Source of the DNA: Myxococcales bacterium
GTDB taxonomy: Bacteria > Myxococcota_A > Polyangia > Polyangiales > Polyangiaceae
Length of the DNA stretch: 21,880 bases
Direction of reading: 5' to 3'
Assembly (NCBI GenBank): GCA_043747615.1
Contig: JAYTOU010000034.1
Span: 1 to 21,880 of the forward strand
The stretch's first letter is position 1, and each line of letters begins with the position of its first letter. This document shows positions 8,022 to 16,892 of the stretch, in pieces. The notes beneath the pieces are model-generated. The model was not told the DNA's origin. It saw nothing but the letters and a program-made list of their open reading frames with translations, and ran no database searches. The position numbers and the translations under genes were made by a program.

Positions 8022-8690
8022 GTGCCTGCCAGTTACTTCGACGTGGACGGAACCCTCGTCACGACGAATCTCGTCCACCCGACGCTCTTTTACCTGCTCA
8101 ATCAATCGAGCCCATTCCGGAGCTTGGGGAAGTTCGCGCGCGCCGCCCTGAAGGCTCCGTCGATGATCGTCGCGGAGGCGCGAGATCGCCGCCTCTTCAA
8201 CGAGATTCTCTTCTCGACCTACGAAGGCATCAGCGAAGACCGTTTTCTCGTCCTCGCCGACGAAGCGTTCGAGACGGTCATCAAGCGCCACCTCTATCCG
8301 AACGCGAAGGACCTCGTGGGCCGCTGCCGCGCCGAAGGTCACGACGTCGTGCTCGTCTCCGGAGGTTTGGATTTCTTGATGCAGAGGCTCGCGACCTATC
8401 TCGGCGCAACGCACATCATTGCCAACCGCCTGGAGTTCAAGGACGGCTTCGCCACTGGGCGCCTGCTTCGTCCCGTCGTCGCCGGTCCCGAAAAAGCGCG
8501 CCTCATTCGCGACCACGCCCGCGAGAACGGTCACGACCTCACCGACTGTTTTGCCTATTCCGATAGCTACTCCGACGTTCCGATGCTCTCGGTCGTTGGT
8601 CATCCCGCGGCCGTCAATCCCGACGTCAAGCTCGCTCGTCTCGCCAACGCCTACGGTTGGCCGGTCCTCACCATGAATCCACCGTCATGA
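8022..8690 (+). CDS. HAD-IB family phosphatase (SerB-like; ElbB-like by gene order)
   Basis: Motif I FDVDGT, motif II VSGG, motif III K (GPEK), motif IV YSDSYSD. Start GTG 8022 (alternative 7968); stop overlaps the next start (ATGA). Confidence 0.9.
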   Translation: MPASYFDVDGTLVTTNLVHPTLFYLLNQSSPFRSLGKFARAALKAPSMIVAEARDRRLFNEILFSTYEGISEDRFLVLADEAFETVIKRHLYPNAKDLVGRCRAEGHDVVLVSGGLDFLMQRLATYLGATHIIANRLEFKDGFATGRLLRPVVAGPEKARLIRDHARENGHDLTDCFAYSDSYSDVPMLSVVGHPAAVNPDVKLARLANAYGWPVLTMNPPS

Positions 8691-10267
8691 GCCATCCCCT
8701 CGTTGTCACTCTCGATCGGCGAAGCGCGCCGCGAACGATTTTCTCTGGCGATCGCCTGGTCAACGTGGACATGCCCGCGGGTACGCGGGTCATCTATCCT
8801 CGGCCGCCGATTGCCCCGTTGAAGGACGTCGACGCGGCAATCCGTTATGCGATCAACCATCCGTACGGGAGCGATCCTCTCCACGCAAAGCTTCGCCCGG
8901 GGATGAAGGTGGTCATCGCCATCGACGACATCTCCGTTCCGTTACCCTCGATGCGCCGCCCCGATGCGCGCGAGCGCGTGCTCACCATCGTCCTCGAGAT
9001 GCTCGCCGACCACGGCGTCGAGGACATCGAGATCATCATCGCCACCGCCGTTCATCGCCGCATGAAGGCCGACGAAGTGCGCCACGTGGTCGGCGACAAG
9101 ATCTTCAACGCGTACTGGCCCGACCGCCTCTACAACCACGACGCCGAAGATCCTCACGGGATGAAAGAGGTCGGCACCACCGAACAGGGTGAGGTCGTCG
9201 AGCTGAACAAGAAGGCCGTGGAGAGCGATCTCCTCATTTACGTGGCCCTGAATCTCGTGCCCATGTCCGGCGGACACAAGTCCGTCACCGTTGGCCTGTG
9301 CGGCTACAAGAGCCTTCGCGCGCACCACAATCCGAAGGTGATGCGCAATTGCCATAGCTACATGGATCCCAAAACGAGCGCGCTTGCGGACAGCGTGAAT
9401 CGGATGGGAAAGATTACGAACAAGCACCTCAACGTTTTCACGATCGAGACCACGGTGAACAACCGCATGTTCGATCGCCCGCTCGAGTTCCTGACAAAAA
9501 ACGAAGACGATCTCTCGAACACCGAAAAAGGCGCACTCAAAGCGCTCGTCTTCACGCTCGACAAGATCCCCCAGCCGGCGCGGCAGGCGATCTTCCAGAA
9601 GGTCCCATCGCCGTACGGGGTGACCGGCGTCTTCGCAGGCGAGACCGAAGCGGTGCACGAGCACACCCTGGCCCGCTCTTTCGAGCAGTACGCGGTGCCC
9701 ATCAAGGGCCAAGCGGACATCCTCGTGATGGGGATCCCGTACATCAGTCCGTACAACGTGAACGCGTTCTTGAACCCGCTGCTCGTGTCGGTGCTCGCCG
9801 AGGGATATCTCTTCAACTGCTACCGAGGCGCGCCCCTCGTGAAGAAGGGTGGGACGCTCATCATCACTCACCCCTGCACCGATCAGTTCGACAAGGAGCA
9901 GCACGCTTCGTACATCGAGTTCGTGCACAACCTGCTCCCCGAGACGCGAGACGGGCTCGAGCTCCACAAGCGTTACGAAGCTAAATTTGCGGCAAATCCG
10001 GCGTACATCCAGATGTACAGAACTGGGCACGCCTACCATCCGTCGCACCCGTTTTTCATGTGGTATTGGGGCGAGGCCGGGCGGCAGCACCTCGGTCGGG
10101 TGATCGTGGTCGGTGCCGACAACGAGTACATTCCCAAGCTCCTCGGCTACGAGACGGCGAAGACCATGAGCGAAGCGCTCGACATGGCGAAAGACACCTC
10201 GCCGCAGTCGCCGGAGATCACCATGCTTCACACGCCGCCGCTCTTGATGGCGGACGTGACCCTCTAA
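8687..10267 (+). CDS. LarA/DUF2088 (lactate racemase superfamily) protein; ElbC-like by gene order
   Basis: AINHPYGSDPL, VVIAIDDIS, IIIATAVHRRM, YNHDAED, VGTTEQGEVVELNK, SGGHKS, HHN follow the order of the LarA N-terminal motifs. ATG 8687 is coupled to the HAD stop. Confidence 0.88.
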   Translation: MSHPLVVTLDRRSAPRTIFSGDRLVNVDMPAGTRVIYPRPPIAPLKDVDAAIRYAINHPYGSDPLHAKLRPGMKVVIAIDDISVPLPSMRRPDARERVLTIVLEMLADHGVEDIEIIIATAVHRRMKADEVRHVVGDKIFNAYWPDRLYNHDAEDPHGMKEVGTTEQGEVVELNKKAVESDLLIYVALNLVPMSGGHKSVTVGLCGYKSLRAHHNPKVMRNCHSYMDPKTSALADSVNRMGKITNKHLNVFTIETTVNNRMFDRPLEFLTKNEDDLSNTEKGALKALVFTLDKIPQPARQAIFQKVPSPYGVTGVFAGETEAVHEHTLARSFEQYAVPIKGQADILVMGIPYISPYNVNAFLNPLLVSVLAEGYLFNCYRGAPLVKKGGTLIITHPCTDQFDKEQHASYIEFVHNLLPETRDGLELHKRYEAKFAANPAYIQMYRTGHAYHPSHPFFMWYWGEAGRQHLGRVIVVGADNEYIPKLLGYETAKTMSEALDMAKDTSPQSPEITMLHTPPLLMADVTL

Positions 10268-10274
10268 GAAAAAG

Positions 10275-13200
10275 ATGGAACCCGTGAACATGAACGGCAC
10301 CGGTGGCGCTCACGCCCACGATGCCCTCGCCCTCAGCAAGGCGACGCCGCTTGATCCGAACGCGATGTTCGACGGCTCGCGCCTCTTCATCTTGGGCGGC
10401 ACCGGATTTTTGGGAAAAGTGTTTTGGGTGATGCTCCTCGATCGCTATCCAAGCGTCGGGAAGATCTTCATGCTGGTCCGCTCTTCGGGTTCGGTGACGA
10501 GCGAGCAACGTTTCTGGCAGAGCGTGGCAACCAACGAGTGCCTCGCCCCCCTTCGCGCGAAATACCCCGGCGAAGAATTCGAGGCATTTTTACGCGAAAA
10601 AATCGTTCCCGTGGACGGCGACGTGAGCAGGCCTTTGTGCGGAATCGCCGACAAGGTCATTGCCGAGCTCAAAGGCACGATCGACGCCGTGGTCAACGTG
10701 GCCGGCGTGGTGGATTTCAATCCCGCGCTCGACGAGGCGCTCGATGCCAACGCCTTCGGCGCACAGAACCTCGTCGCCTTCACCCGTGCGCTCGGCGAAA
10801 CGACCCCGCTGATGCACACCAGCACGTGCTACGTCGCCGGGCGCCGCAAAGGTCCGATCCTCGAGGTCGATCCGGGGGAGTTTCCGTTTCCGCGCTGCGA
10901 AGAGCTTGGCCGCGAGCTCTGGGATCCGGCGCGCGAGATCGACGAATGCCTCGAGCTCATCGCCCAGGCTCATCATCGCTGCGATGACGCCTTCCGTCAG
11001 AGCGAGTTTGCGGAGAAGGCCAAGAAGAACCTCAACGAGCGCGGCGAGCCTTCGGGCGGCGACGCGTTCGCGAGCGAGCTAGGCAAGGTCAAGCGAAAGT
11101 TCGTGAGCGATCACCTGATCGAGGCCGGCCTCGATCGCGCGCTCCACTGGGGGTGGCCCAACATCTACACGTACACGAAGAGCATCGGCGAGCAGGTCAT
11201 CGCGCGCTCAAAGCTCCCCTTCACGATCGTGCGGCCCGCGTGCTGCGAGACCACCGAGAAGTTTCCTTTCCCGCAATGGAACGAAGGCATCAGCACTTCG
11301 TCCCCGATCATTTTTCTCACCATGAAGGGTCAGCAGCAGATCCCCGGGCGGCACGTCGCTCTCGATTTCATTCCGACCGATCTGGTGACCGCCGGGATGA
11401 TCCTCGCTCTCGCCGAGCTCCTCGAGGGAACGCAGAAGCCCGTCTATCAGTACGGCGCCTCCGACGTGAATCCCTGCACGGCGGCGCGCTTCGGAGAGCT
11501 CATCGGTCTCTACAAGCGAAAGCACTGGCAGCGTAAGGGAACCGGAAATCCCCTGGTAAACATGCTGCAAACGTACTTCGAGCCGACGTACGTGACGCCC
11601 AAGCGTTTCAACATCCTCGGCCCCCCGGGGATCTCCAACGCCGCGAGAGACGTCTCCGGTTTTCTCAAGCGAACCGGCGTGCCCTTCCTTCGCCCCGCGG
11701 CAAAGATGCTCGACGGCGTCAGCGCGCAGGAGAAGAAAATCGGCGACGTGATGAACCTCTTCGCGCCGTTTACCACCGAGGACAACGGCCCCTTCGATTG
11801 CTCCAACACCCGGGCCGCCTTCGCGCGCCTCTCCCCCGCGGACAAAGAGAAGCTCCCCTGGCATCCAGAGAAGCTCGACTGGATGGACTGGATGCAGAAC
11901 ATCCACATGCCGGGCGTCGAGAAGTACGTCCTCCCGGCGATGGACATCAAGATGGCCCGCGAGCTGAAGCCGCTCCGCGCCCACGAGACGCTCGTCACGC
12001 TTCTCGATCAAATGGCGGAGCGGCACGATCTCGCGCTCGCCCTCCAGCTCTTCGAAGAAGACGGATTCTCCCGAGTCACCTACCGCGACGTGCAGCACTG
12101 CGCCGAGACGCTTGCTGCCCGTCTCGCGGCTCATGGCGTGAAGCGTGGCGACCGCGTGATCCTCTCCGCGAAGAGCAGTCCCGCGTGGGCCCTCGCCTAT
12201 TTCGGAATCCTCCGCGCCGGGGCCACCGTCGTCCCCGTCGACGCCTCCATCGAGGATGCCCAGCTCTCGAACATCGTCAAGGAGAGCGGCGCACACCTCG
12301 CCATCCTCGACCGCCGTCCAGACCTCGTCGGATGCGTAGTGTGGGACATACACGAAGTCACCGTCGTCGATCGGACGCTCGTTCCTCCGGTGATCGAAGT
12401 CTCTCCCAATGACGTGGCCAGCCTGATCTACACGAGCGGCACCACCGGGACCCCGAAGGGGGTGATGCTCACCCACGCGAACTTCACCTCCCTGATCGCT
12501 GCGCTGGCCCCTATTTTCCCGCTCAAAAAGGGCGACAGAGTCTTGTCGGTCCTTCCGCTCCACCACACCTTCGAGTTCACGTGCGGGCTTCTCCTTCCGC
12601 TCTCGCGCGGCTCGCGGGTGGCGTACCTCGACGAGCTCACCGGCGAGCGCTTGTCTGCCGGGCTCCTCGCGGGTCGGGTGACGGCGATGGTAGGCGTGCC
12701 CGCGCTCTGGCAGCTCCTCGAGCGTCGGATTCTCGCGCAGGTTCATGCACGCGGTCCGGTGGCCGAGCAGGCTTTCCATTGGGCGGGCGATCTCAATCGC
12801 TTGCTCGGCAAACGTCTCGGCATCGACGCCGGTCGCCTCTTCTTCGGCCCCGTGCACGCGGCAATGGGCGGCCACGTGAAGTACCTGATCTCCGGTGGCG
12901 CGGCGCTCCCGCGAGAAACCCAGAAGCTCTTCGCGGGGCTCGGCCTCCATCTCACCGAAGGCTACGGTCTGACCGAAGCATCCCCCGTTTTGACGGTCTC
13001 CAAGCCGTCCGCAAAATCTCCTCCGGGGCAAGTCGGCAAGGCCATCCCCGGCGTGAAGATCACCATCGATAGCCCCGACGATCAGGGCGTCGGGGAGATC
13101 CTGGCGAAGGGCCCGAACGTGATGGCGGGCTACACCGATCCAGAAGCCACCGCGCGGGTGATGACCGAGGGCGGCTGGCTTCGCACGGGAGATCTAGGCA

Positions 13201-14933
13201 AATTCGACAAGGCCGGGCGTCTTCAGGTGGTCGGTCGCCTGAAGGACGTGATCGTCACGCCCACCGGTGAGAACGTCTACCCGGACGACATCGAGAAGCG
13301 TTTGGGCCTGGTCGCGAACATCGCCGAGCTCGCGGTGGTCGGCGTCGAGGGCAAGGGTGGCGAGCGTGTCGCGTGCCTCGCCGTTCCCGCCGCGGATGAA
13401 GACGTCGATCGCAGCGAACGCATGGAGCGCGCGATGCGGAGTCTCCGCGAAGCGATCGGCAAGCTCCCCTATGGCCAGCAGCCGGCGGTCGTTCATCTCT
13501 ACGACGCGACCCTTCCGCGCACCACGACGCGCAAGGTGAAGCGCACGGAGGTGCAGGCCATCCTCAAGCGAATGATGGCGGCGACGGCGGTGCCCGAAGG
13601 TGACGAAGCCGAAGCCAGTCTCGCTCGCCGCGCGGCAGCGGCGCTCAGCGGTCGCGCAGTCTCCGAGGTGCATGGGCAGACCACGCTGCAGGGCGATCTC
13701 GGATTCGACTCTCTCATGCTCACGGAGCTCCTCGAGGCGCTCGAGGCGCGAGGCGACGTGATCGATCCCATCGCTCTTCAGGCGTGCCGCACCGTCGAGG
13801 ACGTGGAGAAGCTCGCCGGCGAGCGCTCATCTCCCGGCGCTACGTCGCGGCGAGGCCTCTCGCGCACCCGGAAGATTGAAGGGAAAAACGAGCCGAATTT
13901 GACGCTGCCGCCCGAGGTGCAAGAGTCGGCGAAGGCCCTCATCGGCAAAGTTCAGAACGCCTTCTACGGCCAGATGATGCGTCCGCGTGTATCGGGTCGC
14001 GCCTTCATCCCCCACAACCGCAACACCATCGTGGTCGCCAATCACGCAAGCCATCTCGACATGGGCTTCGTGCGCTACGCCCTCGGCACGTACGGCGAGG
14101 ACATCATCTCTCTTGCCGCACAGGATTACTTCTTCGAAGGTGGCTTTAAAAAAGCGTTCTTCGAGAACCTGACGAACCTCGTCGCGTTCGATCGCAAGGG
14201 CGGACTCCGCTCGAGCCTGCGCCAAGCGGCAGAGGTCCTAGAGACGGGAAAGACCGTGCTGCTTTTTCCGGAAGGAACTCGCACCACGACCGGCGAGGTA
14301 GATGAGTTCAAGCCGTTCGTTGGCTACCTCGCGCTCACGCACGGGATCGACATCTTGCCGATGTACCTCGGCGGCACGCACAGCTCGATGCCGAAAGGGG
14401 CTGTTGTGCCCACGAAACGGCAAATTTCCGCGCGCATCGGCGTGCCGCTTCGGGTGGCCGACATGCGCCGCCTGACCGAGGGTATGACGTCGCAAGACGC
14501 CGCCCGCGAAGTGGCCCGCCTCGCACGCGAAGCCGTTCTCGCCCTCCGCGACGGCGAGCTTCTCGATCTCTCGACCGCGACGAAAAAAGACGCAACCAAG
14601 GTCCGTGAGCATCCTCTCGTGGCCGTGTTTGCCGAGCTCGAAGAAAAATTCCGGCCCGACCAGGTGGAGAAAGCGGTTTCCTTCTACTTCACGCTCGGCG
14701 GCGATCCCTTCGCGAAGTGGACCGTGAAGATCGACCCGGTGAGCTGCCAGATCACGCTGGGCAAGCCCGAAGGCTTCAGCGCCGACTGCGTGCTCAAGAC
14801 GAGCGCGGAGATCTTCACCAAGATCGTGCGCGAGTCGTTCGTGCCTGGTCCCGCGGATTTTCTCTCCGGCGCCATCAAATCCAACGACGTCGCCCTGCTG
14901 CACACGTTTCAGAAGGCTTTTGCCCTAGATTAG
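10275..14933 (+). CDS. elbD: ElbD-like multifunctional ether-lipid enzyme: fatty acyl reductase - acyl-AMP/CoA ligase - ACP - PlsC-type acyltransferase - SCP2-like domain (1552 aa)
   Basis: FAR: GGTGFLGK and YTYTK (11166-11180). Adenylation: YTSGTTGTPKG (from 12429), EGYGLTE, RTGDLG, LPRTTTRKVKR. ACP: DLGFDSL (Ser 13710-13712). Acyltransferase: NHASHLD (14040-14060) and FPEGTR. C-terminal ~105 aa SCP2-like. The first four domains match the known Myxococcus xanthus ElbD architecture. Confidence 0.88.
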   Translation: MEPVNMNGTGGAHAHDALALSKATPLDPNAMFDGSRLFILGGTGFLGKVFWVMLLDRYPSVGKIFMLVRSSGSVTSEQRFWQSVATNECLAPLRAKYPGEEFEAFLREKIVPVDGDVSRPLCGIADKVIAELKGTIDAVVNVAGVVDFNPALDEALDANAFGAQNLVAFTRALGETTPLMHTSTCYVAGRRKGPILEVDPGEFPFPRCEELGRELWDPAREIDECLELIAQAHHRCDDAFRQSEFAEKAKKNLNERGEPSGGDAFASELGKVKRKFVSDHLIEAGLDRALHWGWPNIYTYTKSIGEQVIARSKLPFTIVRPACCETTEKFPFPQWNEGISTSSPIIFLTMKGQQQIPGRHVALDFIPTDLVTAGMILALAELLEGTQKPVYQYGASDVNPCTAARFGELIGLYKRKHWQRKGTGNPLVNMLQTYFEPTYVTPKRFNILGPPGISNAARDVSGFLKRTGVPFLRPAAKMLDGVSAQEKKIGDVMNLFAPFTTEDNGPFDCSNTRAAFARLSPADKEKLPWHPEKLDWMDWMQNIHMPGVEKYVLPAMDIKMARELKPLRAHETLVTLLDQMAERHDLALALQLFEEDGFSRVTYRDVQHCAETLAARLAAHGVKRGDRVILSAKSSPAWALAYFGILRAGATVVPVDASIEDAQLSNIVKESGAHLAILDRRPDLVGCVVWDIHEVTVVDRTLVPPVIEVSPNDVASLIYTSGTTGTPKGVMLTHANFTSLIAALAPIFPLKKGDRVLSVLPLHHTFEFTCGLLLPLSRGSRVAYLDELTGERLSAGLLAGRVTAMVGVPALWQLLERRILAQVHARGPVAEQAFHWAGDLNRLLGKRLGIDAGRLFFGPVHAAMGGHVKYLISGGAALPRETQKLFAGLGLHLTEGYGLTEASPVLTVSKPSAKSPPGQVGKAIPGVKITIDSPDDQGVGEILAKGPNVMAGYTDPEATARVMTEGGWLRTGDLGKFDKAGRLQVVGRLKDVIVTPTGENVYPDDIEKRLGLVANIAELAVVGVEGKGGERVACLAVPAADEDVDRSERMERAMRSLREAIGKLPYGQQPAVVHLYDATLPRTTTRKVKRTEVQAILKRMMAATAVPEGDEAEASLARRAAAALSGRAVSEVHGQTTLQGDLGFDSLMLTELLEALEARGDVIDPIALQACRTVEDVEKLAGERSSPGATSRRGLSRTRKIEGKNEPNLTLPPEVQESAKALIGKVQNAFYGQMMRPRVSGRAFIPHNRNTIVVANHASHLDMGFVRYALGTYGEDIISLAAQDYFFEGGFKKAFFENLTNLVAFDRKGGLRSSLRQAAEVLETGKTVLLFPEGTRTTTGEVDEFKPFVGYLALTHGIDILPMYLGGTHSSMPKGAVVPTKRQISARIGVPLRVADMRRLTEGMTSQDAAREVARLAREAVLALRDGELLDLSTATKKDATKVREHPLVAVFAELEEKFRPDQVEKAVSFYFTLGGDPFAKWTVKIDPVSCQITLGKPEGFSADCVLKTSAEIFTKIVRESFVPGPADFLSGAIKSNDVALLHTFQKAFALD

Positions 14934-14942
14934 GCCGAATTC

Positions 14943-15956
14943 GTGAGTCGCTACCTCGTCACCGGAGCGTCGGGCTTTCTCGGCGGACACCTTGTCGCAG
15001 CCCTCCGTAGTCATGGCCACGACGTCGTGGCGCTCGCCAGGAACGAAGACCAGACGCTCGTCGATCTCGGCGTCGACGTTCGCCGCGGAGACATTCTCGA
15101 GCTGAGCAACGTTCGCGACGCGGCTGCCGGCTGCGATGGCGCATTTCATTGTGCCGGCAAAGTCTCGCGGCGACCCGAAGACGCCGAGGATCTTTACCGC
15201 GTTCACGTCGAAGGCACGAAGAACGTGGTCGAGGCATGCCGCGCAGCGAAGGTGGCTCGCTTGGTGGTCGCCTCCACTAGCGGCACGGTAGCCGTGAGCG
15301 ACGATCCCGATCACATCGCCAGCGAGACCGACGATACGCCTATCGCTCTCATCTCCCGCTGGCCCTATTACCGCTCGAAGCTATTTGCGGAACAGGTGGC
15401 GCTCGAAGCCAATACAAGTGGCCTCGAAGTGGTCTCGGTGAATCCCACGCTCCTCCTCGGACCGGGTGATCTGCGCGGCTCGTCGACCGAAGACGTGCGT
15501 CTCTTCTTGGAGCGGAAAATACCAGCCGTTCCGCCCGGCGGCCTCTCGTACGTCGATGCCCGCGACGCGGCGGAAGCCATGCGCCTGGCGATGAGCAAAG
15601 GGGTCCCCGGACATCGCTACCTCGTCGGCGCCTGCAACGTGACCCTCCGCGAGTTTTTCGCCAGGCTGGAACGCGTCTCCGGTGTGAAGGCTCCGTGGCT
15701 CCCGATGCCGCGCGCTCCGGAGATCGCCAAGATTGGTGTGAAGGCGTTGAAGAACCTGTCGGCCCGCTTCGGACTGTCGATCCCGATCGATCCTCTCAGC
15801 CTCGATATGGCCCAGTTTTATTGGTACCTCGATGCCACGCGCGCAGAGACCGTCCTCGGCTGGAGCCCGCGCGATCCGGTGGCGACCCTCGCGGATACGG
15901 TGAACGATTTACGCGCGCGGGGTGTGGTTTGGCCTGAGTCGGCGACTTTATCCTGA
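14943..15956 (+). CDS. NAD-dependent epimerase/dehydratase (extended SDR, dihydroflavonol-reductase-like; ElbE-like by gene order)
   Basis: LVTGASGFLG, FHCAG, YYRSK catalytic motif, VNPTLLLGPGD, YVDARD. Confidence 0.92.
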   Translation: MSRYLVTGASGFLGGHLVAALRSHGHDVVALARNEDQTLVDLGVDVRRGDILELSNVRDAAAGCDGAFHCAGKVSRRPEDAEDLYRVHVEGTKNVVEACRAAKVARLVVASTSGTVAVSDDPDHIASETDDTPIALISRWPYYRSKLFAEQVALEANTSGLEVVSVNPTLLLGPGDLRGSSTEDVRLFLERKIPAVPPGGLSYVDARDAAEAMRLAMSKGVPGHRYLVGACNVTLREFFARLERVSGVKAPWLPMPRAPEIAKIGVKALKNLSARFGLSIPIDPLSLDMAQFYWYLDATRAETVLGWSPRDPVATLADTVNDLRARGVVWPESATLS

Positions 15957-15957
15957 C

Positions 15958-16890
15958 ATGAGCACGGAGCCCCTTCTCGTCGTCAACCCTCGATCGGGTG
16001 GCGGAAAAACCGAAAAACTTTTTGCCTCGATGCAGTCGGTGATCGAATCTCGGCTCGGCGCCGTCAAGATCGCGTTCACCGAGCACGCCGGTCACGGCAT
16101 CGAGCTCGCGCGCGCCGGAGCGGAGAACGGACACGCGTTGATCGTCGCCGTCGGGGGAGACGGAACGTTCAACGAGGTCGTCAACGGAGTGATGCTCTCC
16201 AAGTGCGCGACCAAAGTGGGCATCATCGGCCAGGGCACCGGCGGCGATTTTTCGCGAGCGCTCGGCGTTGAGCACCGCCTCGACAAGTACCTCGACACCC
16301 TCGTTTCTGGCCGCGAGCGCAAGCTCGACGTGGGGTGGCTCCGTTACCGCGACGGCGAGGTCATGCGCGAGCGCTACTTCGTGAACATTCTCTCTGCGGG
16401 AATGGGCGGCCTCGTCGATCGGTACGTGGCCGACGCGTCGCGCGCCCTCGGCGGAACGGCGGCATACTTCGGCGCGTCGGTGAAAGCTCTCGTCGCGTGC
16501 CGGGAAGGAAAGCTCCTGATCACTGCCTCCATCAACGGGCAGAGCCGTCAGGTGAAGATCGCTTCGTACATGCTCGCCATCTGCAATGGTCGATTCTTTG
16601 GCTCTGGAATGCATGTAGCTCCGATGGCCAAGGTCGACGATGGCCGCCTCGAGGTGGTCTCCATCGGTGCCACCAGCAAGGTCGCCTTCGCGCTCAATTC
16701 GCGCAGCATCTATTCTGGATCGCATCTCGGAAAGCCGGGCGTCGAGCACTTCCCGTGCGACAGGATCAAGATCGAACTCGAGAACGAAGATGCTCGCGAC
16801 GTGTTCTTGCTCGACTGCGACGGAGAGGCGATCGGTGGCTTGCCAATCGAGGTCGAGCTTCGAAAGGGTGCGGTCGTCCTGAAAGGTTGA
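15958..16890 (+). CDS. Diacylglycerol/lipid kinase family protein (YegS/DgkB-like)
   Basis: VVNPRSGGG, VAVGGDGT.NEVVNG, GTGGDF, LDVG, NGRFFGSG, DDGRL, DGE. ATG 15958 is 1 nt after the upstream stop. Confidence 0.93.
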   Translation: MSTEPLLVVNPRSGGGKTEKLFASMQSVIESRLGAVKIAFTEHAGHGIELARAGAENGHALIVAVGGDGTFNEVVNGVMLSKCATKVGIIGQGTGGDFSRALGVEHRLDKYLDTLVSGRERKLDVGWLRYRDGEVMRERYFVNILSAGMGGLVDRYVADASRALGGTAAYFGASVKALVACREGKLLITASINGQSRQVKIASYMLAICNGRFFGSGMHVAPMAKVDDGRLEVVSIGATSKVAFALNSRSIYSGSHLGKPGVEHFPCDRIKIELENEDARDVFLLDCDGEAIGGLPIEVELRKGAVVLKG

Positions 16891-16892
16891 AA

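Noticed and set aside
8942..13031. Long minus-strand ORFs (8942..10300, 11208..13031) and similar ones at 15796..16749, 16710..17831 and 18158..19246
   Set aside because: Typical stop-poor antisense frames of high-GC genes, with no motifs.
10275..14933. NRPS or carboxylic acid reductase interpretation of the megaenzyme
   Set aside because: No condensation domain; the reductase is N-terminal and FAR-type, and a PlsC acyltransferase follows the ACP.
16335..16892. Arg-rich N-terminal extension of ORF 16335..17975
   Set aside because: Off-frame overlap with the lipid kinase; the signal peptide starts at 16893.
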